DNA of 64,000 nucleotides from Styela clava (Eukaryota): NCBI RefSeq assembly GCF_964204865.1, contig NC_135252.1, positions 11,408,001 to 11,472,000 of the forward strand, read 5' to 3'. Shown piece by piece: positions 22,032 to 34,800 of this stretch (position 1 is its first letter; each line of letters starts with the position of its first letter). The notes under the pieces were generated by a model. It saw only the letters and a program-made list of their open reading frames with translations, ran no database searches and was not told where the DNA came from. The position numbers and the translations under genes were made by a program.

Positions 22032-22340
22032 CAGAATTAACTGCCAGAGCAGACACTAAATTTCTTTCAAACATTCGTTTTAAGAAGAGGTTCAATAAGA
22101 GCCATTGAATTTGAAACATTTACCATGTCGGATATTGTTCCATGTGTTTGACACAATCTCGAATTGAGGCATATTATTTTGTGATGTTAAGTTTGTATTT
22201 TTGTTTAAATTTGTCATTACAATTTAAGTTGATACAAAGTAATCATTAGACTGTGTTTTATTGGCAAACATATTTGCTATGCCTCGTTCTTTTATTTGGT
22301 CTTGACAAGTATCTGTTTAATTAAAAATTGGTATTTTGTA

Positions 22341-23055
22341 TCTTGTGTATATGTAATATGAAATATTTCCTGAAAAGCTTTTTTAATTCATTTAAATACT
22401 GATTATACTACTATAACAAACTTTCATGATAGACGGCTCCTACAACAGTGGTTACCCAACCCTTCTCGTTAAATTCCCTCCTTCACCTATTTGGAACCCT
22501 TCATTCCTCCATTACTATGCATAAAATACCTTGTTTATTCAATCTTTAATGGATTCTTAGGCAGTGTTATGCATGAGTCACACTAAACATGTATTACAGC
22601 AATAATAAAGAACTAAAGAATATCAGTAATACTATAGCAAATGCAAAGCAAAACTCCTCCCCAAAAATGACAAAATTCCTCCGTGGGAAGGAATTTCTCT
22701 CCGGTTAGGAAACGTTGGTCTACAATAAAAATACCTAGTTTTGCCTTTATCGGTCTATTTGCTCGCCACGTTTAATATTGAAAATCAAATAAATAGTAAG
22801 CAAAAGTATAATGTATTACGTCCAACGAATTCAACAAAACAGATTAAAATCAAAACTACAGTGCACCGGATGATCGAGATCGTCAACGTTGCAGAAAAAT
22901 GCGTCAACTGACCCCCAAAAACAGGGTATAAGACGTAGTAATGAAGGCTATGAATAATTATATCCTAGCACTTATGTTTTGCTGTAGTGAATGTCCGCGG
23001 AGTGAATTAGTACAGGCCTTTTCCCGTAGCACAATAGATCCGAGGGCCCCTTCCG
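22341..23055 (+). repeat. local duplication unit, copy 1 (contains a small hAT MITE at ~22447-22717)
   Basis: Colinear similarity to 24467-25243, e.g. tactgattatactactataacaaactttcatgat, tcacctatttggaacccttcatt, aaaactacagtgca and agatccgagggcccc. Confidence 0.8.
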
Positions 23056-23219
23056 ATCATCAATCAATCCCACATGAAACGAATTCATTCGCGGTATTAG
23101 GAGGACAGTTATTCAAAATTGTTTTTTAATGGGTCCATCCTACTCTCATTGCATCACAGAGAATTCATCACAAATATCTGTGTAAATGAGAATGATTAAA
23201 TTTTTTTTTATAATTTCAG

Positions 23220-23339
23220 GATCAGAATGTCAATACACATGGGATGGATGTGCCAATTTCGATATTAATTTTGTTTGTGGCCAATCATTTTATGCGCTGC
23301 AATGCCTTAGGCCCAATGTGTGGTTATTGTTTCATGTAA
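23220..23339 (+). pseudogene. orphan, frameshifted, inverted copy of the G2 terminal ShKT exon (3'UTR homology continues to ~23700)
   Basis: tttcag acceptor, then GSECQYTWDGCANFDINFVCGQSFYALQCLR versus G2 GSECQDTWNECRNFDINSVCSESFYALQCLR. A 4-nt insertion shifts the final CGYC out of frame. Confidence 0.85.
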
Positions 23340-24466
23340 TTGAAACATGACGTGAAATATAAGTTTATACGGATGCTCCACATATGTATTTTTATTATCT
23401 AATGTTGTTTATGCTTTTACATTTATATAATCATGGTTATAACCATAATATTCACAAAAAAACATTCATTCACTGTTATTATTCGGTCGGTATTTTCCCG
23501 CCAATCGAACCCTTATTGGTCGATATTCGCGTAAATGAACGAATTTTTACGTTTGCCGTTGAAAGAAAACTAGTTTTGTATGATAGAATTTAATGTAACA
23601 ATTTTATTCTGGTCATTTTGTTTTGAATTACATCCAACGTTGTGGTAAAACCTGTCTATTGCCCAAATTTGCCCTTTGATTTGTATATCATGTTTTGGAT
23701 AAACAACGTTGAGGAATTAAAAGTTGTAATCATTGTTATCTCTATATTCAAACAAAGATAAACAGCTAAATATATCATAAGTCCTATACAGTACTTTATT
23801 ATAATACAGAACATACATTCCAAAACTGCGTGCCAGGCACACCGGTGTATTATGTGTCTCGCAGAAGTTTTCTGACTAATATAAAATTATGGTGTGTTTA
23901 TTCGTTCCTCTTTGTGTTGTCTATTCGTTTTAGTTGATTTCCGCGTTTGAGAGCAGAACGTGATGCTATAAAACGATCATCAATGACATTCCAATTGTCC
24001 GAATTCAATTTGTCGACCAGAGTCGAATTTCTGGCTTTGTGCACAAAAGACTGAATACAGAAGTATGGAGTAGAATATAAGGGTTGGCATCCAACCTTTT
24101 ACTAAAACAATATATGCATGTATCCAGGTGCATTCTCAGTTATAATAGCTGTAGATAAATAAGAATGTCCAGATTATCAACTTGCAAATTGCTTTAGGGA
24201 ACTTTTCTCGTCCAGTTTGTTGGCATGTGCTAACTTTATTGGTATGTGTGCCGTAGCAAAATCTTGATCTTATTCGTGTGCCGCAACACGGAAAAATTAA
24301 TTTCTTATAATATTAGGATATCTCACGAATATCGTGCATTTGGGGCCCAAATTCGATATTGAATTTATTGTTTTTATTCATCAACAATCAACTATTTCAT
24401 TAATTTGAAAAAAACAAATTGTCTATGCTTTAAAAGTGAATGTACCGCGAAAACGCATTCGAGCAA

Positions 24467-25243
24467 CTTGTGTATATGTAATATAAAAGATTTTCTGAAA
24501 AGCTTTATTAACCCATTTAAGTACTGATTATACTACTATAACAAACTTTCATGATCAACGGCCCCTACAATAGTGGTTCCCAACTGTTTTCGTTAAATTC
24601 CTCCTTTCACCTATTTGGAACCCTTCATTTCTCTCCGTCTATGCATGAAAGTTACCTTGTTTATTCAATCTTTATTGGACCCTCAGCCAGTGTTATGCAC
24701 CAGTCACTCTAAATATGTATTTTAGCGCTTTGAAAAAAAGTAAAGAATATTAGTAATACTTTAGCAAATGCAAAGGAAAATTCTTTCCCAGATTAAAAAC
24801 AAAACTACAGTGCAACGGATAATCAAGAACGTGAACAATGCAGAAAATTGCGTCAACTGATCTCACAAATCAGGGTATACGACGTAATAATGAAGGCTAT
24901 CATTTTCAGTTTAAATTGACAAATATTCAATATCCTAGCATTTGTGTTTTGCTGTACAAGTAAATGTCTCTACAATGTGATTTAGTGAACACCTTTTCCC
25001 TTAGCACAGGGGTTCTCAACCTGGGGTTCGCGAACCCCCAGGGGTTCACGAGAAGATTTCTAGGGGTACTTGGATGACAGTCGAGCTTTTGTATGTTGCT
25101 ATTTTTTTAATATCCATTATTACTACCAGAGGAAAATGCGTGCCCATTGAAACTAGACGCCAATCAAAACGTAGATTTTCCCTGATCTTGCGTTGTTATG
25201 ATTGTGACACAACAATGTGAAATTAGATCCGAGGGCCCCCTTC
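24467..25243 (+). repeat. local duplication unit, copy 2 (with an extra hAT-like insertion from ~25007)
   Basis: Same blocks as 22341-23055. An insertion starting caggggttctcaacctggggttcgcgaaccccc separates tagca from agatccgagggcccc. Confidence 0.75.
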
Positions 25244-25415
25244 GAAAAACACCACACCAGTAGATTTTCCGATTGATCTCGGTTGAGACAGTGATCCCAA
25301 ACTTGGGTCAAGTTAGGTAATGTAGATTTCACCATCACAAAAAGGTGAAATAGTGGTCATATCAAGTAGTATGGGCTTTCGTGCTGTTAGCAATATAGGT
25401 CGCATACAGTTGGGG

Positions 25416-26055
25416 TAGGATTACCATATTTTTTTAAACTTCAAAGTGGGACGCCTCCTGTAACTTTTAAGTTTCCAACTTACTACATAGGTCTACATTT
25501 AAGCCATCCCGGCTGTCTTCATTGACCATATTGTCATCGAGAGTTCATGCGCATATTCTCTGTCTAAATATCGAGTTCAGTTCAAAAAATAGAAAGGAAT
25601 AGACGCTAACGATACAAATCATTCGAATTTAGATTTTTTTATGCACAGCAATGGAATAAAGAATCTTGAACAGAAATAGTCTGCCGTTTTCAAGCATTGA
25701 GAATTTGCTTATTCGCCCAAGCATGCTTTTCTGTAGATAACACTTTTAAAAAAACATTGTTCAATTTACATTCACGCGAACGTCCGAACAGGACCAATTA
25801 GAATTGATTTTACATGTGATACGTTTGCTAACAATGTTAGCGGGAAACAACGGAACAAACAAAATAACGCATTCACCCTCAGAAAGTACGCCGGCGTTGC
25901 GCTACACAGCAACAACAGTAATGAAAACATGTTCGTGTATTATGCTGGATGGCTGAACGCAAAAGCGGGACTTTTAGCTGACTTGTCGGGACGGTGGGAC
26001 AAAACCGCTAAAAAGCGGGACTGTCCCACCTAAAGCGGGACGTATGGTAAGCCTA
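25416..26055. mobile_element. non-autonomous hAT (Blackjack-like) element, shorter copy of 7599-8947
   Basis: TIRs taggattaccat / atggtaagccta. Degenerate TSD agttgggg / agctggtg. Long near-identical blocks shared with 7599-7850 and 8705-8947. Confidence 0.8.
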
Positions 26056-26588
26056 AGCTGGTGTGACTTGTTCAATATCCAAGAACATCGATGGTGAAGA
26101 AATACCTGAATCCTCAGAAGTTGTACTTATTTAATAATGCATTAATTTCATAACTGTAAACTTCATTTTTAGCCACCCTGTTTATATAATAATAAATATA
26201 GTGAATATTATAGTAATGCTGAAAATATCCGGGAGTGAAGATACATGGATCGGGCCCGACCAACTCACGGGCTTTCATGGTCCATGTTCTGTATAGTTCG
26301 ACTATCGCTGAACGTTTTGAATGACTCTGCGCGTCAATCCAGGAAATGACAAACCTACTTGTTAGCTCGTAGTGCCAACATTTACCAATGTTAAAAATGA
26401 GGTTGGCATACATAAGCTGGTTGCTTCTATTTATAATTCAAAGCCTGCTCTTGTAAACATTAATGTGTTTATGATGTTTTGTTAAAGCAATGTTATAATT
26501 ATGTAAATTTGTCGCTCTTATGTTTTTTCATGCACAGTGTAATAACAGAATAATATTAGTAATAATAACGAAACAAGATTTGTACAAC

Positions 26589-28988
26589 ATGATCTACGAT
26601 TTGAGGTATTGCTTCTGTTATAGTCTGTGACGAAATCTGACACCTTGAATAAAAAACAAATCGTTAAATCTGTTTGATTTGTTGTATTGCACTTACTTTT
26701 GGAATCTTATGGAATAAAGTTATAAATATTAGTGTTTGTAAATAAAGAGCTAACGTGGGCTATTAGAAATTCGGTCTTAATGATGCACGCTATTTATATG
26801 TTTAGGGCAGTAAGCAGAAAAGTGGCCCTTGGATAAGTGTGCGCTAAGATTGAATATGCTAAATAAGCATCGCTAATGCAAGCTTCCTTCGCTATGTTTT
26901 TTAGACTATCTTTAATTCATGATTATATGTACTATTCATGCATGTATAGAAGTTTTCATAAAAGTATTTTATTCTCCGTTGGTTGTATTTTTGATCGGTG
27001 GGTGCCCTTGGCCTAGTCTGTCGACGTGGCATTATATATACCGTATATATCAACAATAATAAATTTTGTCAATTACCCCATAATTCAGCAGCCAAAATGC
27101 AATTTTAGCCTTAAACTTCAATTATAAAAAACAAAAAATGAACATGCTGAATTGAATTTACCTGAATATTAGCTATTTTATCCAAACTAATCTCCGATAT
27201 TTAAAAGTATCATTTCAACTTTAGATATTCGAGAAAAACATCTTGCGTAAGTGTTCTGCTGGTGACAGTTGTTTTATTACGTGAGTATTATTATGAATAA
27301 CTCATGTTCTCCATAAATTTTAAAGTAATTAGAAAAGATTTATTCCAAAAATTGAAATACACATGATATGACAAAAAGTTTTGCCTTTATATAGAAAAGC
27401 TCTCAATACGAGGTCACACTCAAGCCAATGCGTAAACATCTACGGCCTACGCAATAAGAGAGGAAACATAAATTGATGACCAAATCTTCGACAGTGTGAT
27501 AATATTTTTATAGCAAACATTTCACTGTTTTGCTTTACTTACTTCTTGCAGACTACAGTGAAGCATGTCAAGATCAACATTGGTGCTCAAGCCTTACAAG
27601 TTTTTGCAATCGTTCGGATATCATAAAAGACATGGAAAATCTTTGTCCAATCGCGTGTGGGTACTGCAACATGACCACTGGTAATAAGTGAAAATATTCC
27701 AAAATCTAATCTATCGTATTAATTATCATTGAAATATTTTCTGAGTAAAGTATTATAGCAAAATAAAAAGACTTGAAGGTAAAAATATATACTGTAAACT
27801 GTTTTTACCATAATATGACCTGGTCGGTTAATATTTTACCAATTCTCGTTTTCGCCTATCCTGTGTTTTTTAAGATAATCCAATTTTCATAAACCAATGT
27901 GCACTATTTATTTAAAAACACTAATCATTTTCAAAACGTGGCTATGAAATTGGTTATGTAAATATTAAGATGATAACTATACAACCTGGAGCGACTGGTC
28001 ACATTGTTCTACCTCGTGCGGTGAAGGTTACCAAACAAGATTTCGTAAATGCAATTCCACATCATTTTGTAAATCTGACGAAGACGGAAAGAATCTTGTT
28101 CAGAATAGAAAATGTGAGGAAGTGTCATGTGGTATTTGGCAACCTTGGCAATCGTGGAGCGAATGCTCTTCCACTTGTGGAAATGGAATCCAGCGGAGGG
28201 ATAGACTATGCTCAGGTGGGAGATGCCGAGGAAAATATTTTGCATCTCGTTCATGTAATGAGGAACCTTGTCCGATCTGGTCAGAATGGACAACTTGGTC
28301 TAAATGCTCTGTTACGTGTGGAAATGGAATCAAAACAAGATTGAGGTATACCGTATATACAAGAACTCCTTATTTTGTATTAGCCATATCTTTCTCACCT
28401 TAGTTGGATTCAAATAAATGACATGACACAAATAAAAAATAAACAATTTTCGCATTTTAAACGTGAAATAGTCATTCAAACAGCGTTTTTGATGGCCACT
28501 GATATTGAGAAAGAAAAGTGACCCACACATAAATTTTGGAGGATTTATTACTAATTGAACATTTCTTCTTCCCATATAGGTCATGTATTGGCGGCAAACC
28601 AGGACTAGATTGCCACGGACATGAATCAGAGGAAATGACCTGTACGATGACGCCTTGTGTGAAACCGAGTGAGTTCAACTGACCTATTCAGAAATTAGAC
28701 TTTGCCAAACCTGGATTAGTGATGATCAAATTCGTTTGTATCTGGGCACAGTTTCTGTCCATAAAGGCCGATCAACTAGTAGTAATTTTTGAACTAGCAA
28801 GGGCACTAAGGCACCAAATAACGATGTTTCTTCAACAAATTAGCATTTTAAATTATAAGATACTCGTCTTACGCCTTTTTTCAGATATCTGCAGAAATTT
28901 GAAACCCTGGTGTCAAAATTATCATCACGACTGGTGCAAAACTTGGTATTTTGTAAAGGACTGTCAAAAATATTGTGGCAAATGCTGA
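26589..28988 (+). CDS. G3: small secreted ShKT-3xTSP1-ShKT protein, ~256 aa
   Basis: Exons 26589-26605 (tentative ATG micro-exon), 27225-27280, 27552-27680, 27970-28345, 28580-28668 and 28885-28988; 771 nt, in frame. Signal core VSVLLVTVVLLHYSEA; ShKT CQDQHWCSSLTSFC...CPIACGYC; TSP1 WSEWTTWSKCSVTCGNG; terminal ShKT CRNLKPWCQNYHHDWCKTWYFVKDCQKYCGKC*. Confidence 0.85.
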
Positions 28989-31891
28989 AATTAATATGAT
29001 GCTGAGTATATACCTCGAAAAATTCATTATTATGTTGAATATTTTTTTTTTCAGTTCGATTCATTCAATAATTGGTATAGCATAAATCATAGAACAATAG
29101 TACGTAATTGTGTACGTTATTTTTCATCAATATCATAAAAGGATGACATTTAAACTTCAATTCGTTTGATTGCTTTGCATGTATACCAGCCATTTTTCTG
29201 TCAGTAGTTTAAAATTTAAATATATATTTACTAATCAAAATCAATCAATTAATAAAAGAAGAAAACTCTCGTTGAAATCCTGTGGCTGATATTTTTTACA
29301 ATTTTTTACTCCAGCGGCAACGTTATTAATTACGAAACTACGTAACACCATGAACAAACAGAAAGAGAGAAAATGAGAGAAAGACCGAAAATTGATTTTG
29401 GATAAAATATGAAATAATGACTTAGAATAATAATATTTCTATAAATATGCTACATGCTGTGTAATGACAATGTCATATTACTAAAACGATTATTCATAAT
29501 AACGACTATTTTTATGATTTCGATCAGGATTGCGTGTTTTATTTAATTCCAAGATGCTCACAACATTTGTCGGGTATAACTGGATCGGAAGAGACTTTAA
29601 AACCTAGATACATACGATTTAATACATATAGCAGGGGTTCCCAAACTTTTTGTTCGTGCGGCGCCAAAAAAACTCACGGCGCACTTACACGAATAAAAAT
29701 TGCTGCCTTCAAATAAAACTCAACTTTGTGATCGTTAATGTGCATTTTATGCTTTTTGAAATTTGCAAGCGTGTAGGCTAAAGAGTAAATAAAATGTCAA
29801 CTCTTCTTTATCATCTCGGCTTGATTTTCCTTTGAAACACTAAAAAATCACTCATGTTCTTCAAACTAGGTTCAGAAGATAGAGAACCTGCAAGCAGCTC
29901 GCGAAATTGCATAAAGTAGTCTCTACTTCTATTGTTCTCTAACTATCATTTTCTTTTAGATTCTCAGTCGGTTTCAGAATTAGTAAAACCTTCGTTGTAC
30001 GTAGCTATTACTTAGGAACCAGAGATACAAAACCGAAACAAATCTGAAATAATTGCATGAAGCCTAAAAGATAAATTGGCAGAATATAACATTTGGTATC
30101 GATACATATATTTTATGTTGATATTCTAATTAAGAAAAGGTACATCTTTACAGTACAGTTATTATGAAGACAAAATCTGTACTATATTTTGGAACCCCAC
30201 GAGCGAAACCGATCCTATATGTCTGAATTTATATATGAATAGCAGTAAAATGGCCGAAAGTTCATGACAAAACGATATGTTTTATTCAATAATAATGATA
30301 ACATAGGCATGAATACTACTTGAATGGGGACAGATAATGCCTGAAGTTATAAAAGCAAGTAAGCAGTATACGTTACAGAAATAACGATATAAAAGACAAT
30401 ACGTAATTACGACCTAGAGGAGGAAATCATCAGCCGTAAGGCATCGGTATGAAACCGAAAATGAAATGAGAAAAGTAACTTGAAAACGAAAAGTTATGGC
30501 AATTTGTGATAAATATCACGCGAAATGACGCTGACTTATATTATATTTCCGGCGTACTTGAGTTTTGATTGAGACTTTAGGAAAAGGAAAAACGTTTAAT
30601 CACGACGCGTGCGAATCAAATGACGCCACCGACGTCATCATGTGCAGAATATCGATTGAAATTTAAGCTCTTCTACACTACTAAAGCAGTCAATTTTGGT
30701 AGATCAATCAATCATGCGACGATACTTGAAATTGTACTTAACCTATTTGCTTGTTAGATAAACAATGGCACAAAAAATATTTAAATACTTTCATCTCCCA
30801 GTTTCGCATATCCCAATCACACTGTGACTATGGGATATCTAAAAAATTGTCATTTCACGCACTGTCCATAAATAGAGTATTTGTAGATGACGGTATATGA
30901 ATCAAAGCTTTAGAGTCGTAAAGTCCGATTTATGAAAGAACATTTAATACTATTTAAGTTGGACAATTTATCAACTTGTGTGTAACATTACATTTTCAAA
31001 AAGGGATTTAGAAGCCAATTTAACTATTTACTGATTATATTCGCAAGTCAATGGCCTCTCATTTTTTATTTGTGTTTGCTTACACACAAAATGGTATGTT
31101 ATTGCTTGGTGTTGAGTATGGGCTCAGAGGAACCTTGAATTTGATTGCAAAAAGTAAAGCGAAGTCAACTAAGAAGACCATACTAGACTCGAAAATAATA
31201 AAAGTTTCGAAAGAGACAGTAACGGGAGGCAAAATAATACACGCTGAGTATTCTATTTGAACATGCATGGAGTATAGCACAACATTGGAAATCAATATAA
31301 TATGTTTCCGTATATGACACAAAACAACAAACGCCTCTAGGCTTGAGCGAGAAGAGCATACATATGGCTTTAATACACCCTGAAGGCCTCAACTAACGCG
31401 ATTTGACAAATAGAATAGTTAGCTAGCTTATCAGGCATGATTCAACGCAAATGTATTCTTGGACTTTTCAATGGAGGCCATTTTATTTAAGGTCATTTTT
31501 TTTTTTACAAACAGTATAATCAGCTGAAGTGTTCTCATGTCAGCTAGCTTCGTGATTCATGACGCTTTTGGGAAGGAGGACCAATTTAAAATAAGATTGT
31601 TCTTGTGAATTACTCGTCTAGCCGCTTGAAGTGTATATATATATTTTTTATTATTATTTAGTAATTTAAATACAGAAATTTCGAAAACATTTCATGTCGA
31701 AACTATTCAGCAATTTCAGTGCAGATGATAAAAATCCGTATTCAGATACATTTATACTTACTTGGTATTTTTAATTTGATTTAAGGGAAATTTTTTAGAA
31801 ATATCTTCGGAACGTATACAATCATAGTGGTTTTCGTCGATTTAGGTCGCTCGATAAAGCTCATCAAACACTAAAGTTGACTTTCGGAAAT

Positions 31892-34800
31892 ATGGACTAC
31901 ACGGTTGTTTTACGGCTTTTAACGTGAGTATATTAATCATGTAATTTTCCACCCAACATCAGAATGTCTTACTGTAAATAACGTGCCATTTTTCGAACAT
32001 TGTTCGTCGTATCTCTTCGAAGCTGTAACTATCAGGGGTTTATAAAAACAGACTTAGTGATATATTCTTTTTTTTTCTACATTTTCTTTGCACGTATGCA
32101 CTTTTTAGCGTGTGCTATGTGCCTTTGGTCTGAACAATGACCTGAAGAGTTTACGTATGGCGCTACTCTACGGGCAACTATATACCCCGGTTCGGCTGTC
32201 CTCATGTAAATCCTCAAATTCGAAATTACCTACGTTGCGAACACAGCGTAGGCAGGGTAGCTATTAGATGTCATTAGATGCTACACTCACAACTAATTCA
32301 ATCCATTATCTAACTTTATCATGACAACACCTGTCGTTCAAAGGAATTCTGATATTTTTTGTTTGTCTGTCTGATGTAAACACTAACATTTGCTTCTTAT
32401 TTTTGCCAGCTTCATTCTTTTTGGAGGAGTGCTCGGTGACAACAACGGTAGCCCCGGATTAAGTGAGTATCGAATTAGATTACTTGTTAGTATTTGTTAG
32501 AATATCTATAGTGTCATCACAAGGAGTGATCATATCGTTGTTGGCACGGCCGAATTTATTTAAAAATTGGCCAGATGGGAGCATGCGTAAGGCACTGGAC
32601 AAGAAATTTGATACTGAATACATTTGTTATTGTTAAGTTCTATGGTTTCGTATTTGGCTCATTTCAAATATGTAACTATTTCAGGTACGGATGCTTGTGT
32701 GGACCAGCAGGATTGGTGTCCATCAATGGTACAGTATTGCAAAGAACACGAAGTCATGGTACCAATGTGCCGAAAAACATGTGGTAAATGTGATGTAAAG
32801 CCAACAATTATCCCTGGAACGCCAAACACGGGTGAGGGCGGATTGGGTAAGATTTTTCACGTGCGTTACAATTTTACACTCTCTAGTGCCAGGGTTGAGG
32901 AGTTCATGCCTGATAAATGGTATGTTAGAATAAATAGAATACAGATGCACCAAGTCTTTTTGTAATACTATCATTGTGTCATTGTGTCGTAACCCTACTG
33001 TACTTTCTAACAGGCTGCGGAGCTTTCAATTGCGAACACGATTGTGAGGCGGAAAAGTGCAAATGCAAAAAGGGATATGAACTTCAAGCTGATGAAAGAT
33101 CTTGCAAAGGTAAACTTCTTGCTAATACACAATTTATACTAGTGCAAACTCTTTCTGCTTTTCTCATGGAGTTTTAATACAAACGAAAAGTTGGAGTTCG
33201 TGCCATGGCCTGTGGAAAAACTGAAATTTTGACACCTTTAATTTTCCGAATATATATATATATATATATTGAACATTAGCATTAGAACTAACATACTATA
33301 CAATATTTACAAAGAAATGTATATACAAATAAATTAATTATAATAGGTTTGAATCCTTTTTTATTTTGTCTGTAGAAAATAAAATTTCATAACAGTTTCA
33401 ATCACGCCCATCCATGTTATTAAGCACTTCTTCTACAGTCAGTTCCAATTTAAGTTTTCTGGCTTTGCGAATAACTGGAATTATCTGTTGATTAGTTGTT
33501 GACAATACAGTAGGTAGTCTGTTGCGGTCTCGGGTGCAGAACAATGCTTTTGATATCCGTCAGAGTGGCGACCAATTTTTTATAAATCAAGAAATATGTG
33601 ATCACGTTATAGTGATATATCATAACGCCAACATTATAAAATATATATCGATTTAATTTGAGATATCGTTTTTTACCCAAGAAAATTGTAAAACAGGTTT
33701 ATAGTTGAAACTTATCACAAATACCTCGTCATCGCTGCAATAACTTATCAGGGATGCACTTCATTTGCAGATATTAATGAATGTAACGTTGAGAATCCTT
33801 GCAATGAGACCTCGAAATGCATAAATACAAAAGGATCTTACAAATGCGAACAGACGCGATGCGAAAAAGGGGAAATGCGGTATTTTGAAGGAAAAGAATG
33901 CTGTCGACTTTCTGAGGGTAATTTGATAACCGAGCTCATCTTCCTCCGAGCATTTTTTGTGTATTTTTCTACTAACAACCATCATTGTGTGGTGCATCAT
34001 ATTTGAAATGTTTAGGTTGGTTTATTTGGGAGATTCTGAAGCAGTTGAATTATTCAATCGGTATAATTTTATGCGCAAATACAAATACGTAGTGAGGAAA
34101 AAAATAGAATAAATTAATTGGGGTTTCATCTTATGCTCAATAAATACATTCAGATTTATCCAGTAACTGACACGAAGTCTAGTTCGTAACACGAACTTCT
34201 TTGATTAAAACTTATGTCTGGTATTTTAACAGGCAGGTGCGGACGAAATTCCGCCAATGGCGGTTTCGGTGCTTTCGGCCACGATTCCATAGTGACAAGG
34301 TGGCCCTGGATGGTAAGCTTGCCTAAAATTTAAACAAAATATATTACTGAAATAACATCAATCTGTATTAAAAACAACAAGTTGTTACTATGAGTTGTTA
34401 CTATAAGCCAAAACATGGCGTATATAATTTCTGTTGCTCTTATTCCAGTCTGAAAAATTCGTTTGAATCTGTTGCTAAATCTTCCAACGTCTTGAAAGAA
34501 AAATACATTGGCCCGAATAAAAAGGCAATAGTTTAGCAGAACATTTTCCAACCGCTTATCAATTTCGAATAAATTAACAAAATTTATTAACGGGGAATGA
34601 ATGATATATATCAGAACCGTTATAAGGTCGCTATTCTTCATTATTATTCTGATCAACAAACTTAATTTAAATTTACTACACGAACGAAATATTGCATTGT
34701 TACAGTAACTTGAAATTCAAAATCTTTTTATATTGATTCAAGTCATTGATTACGATCGAAAAAACAAAAACAAGATGCGGAGGGATCGTAATTCACAAAC

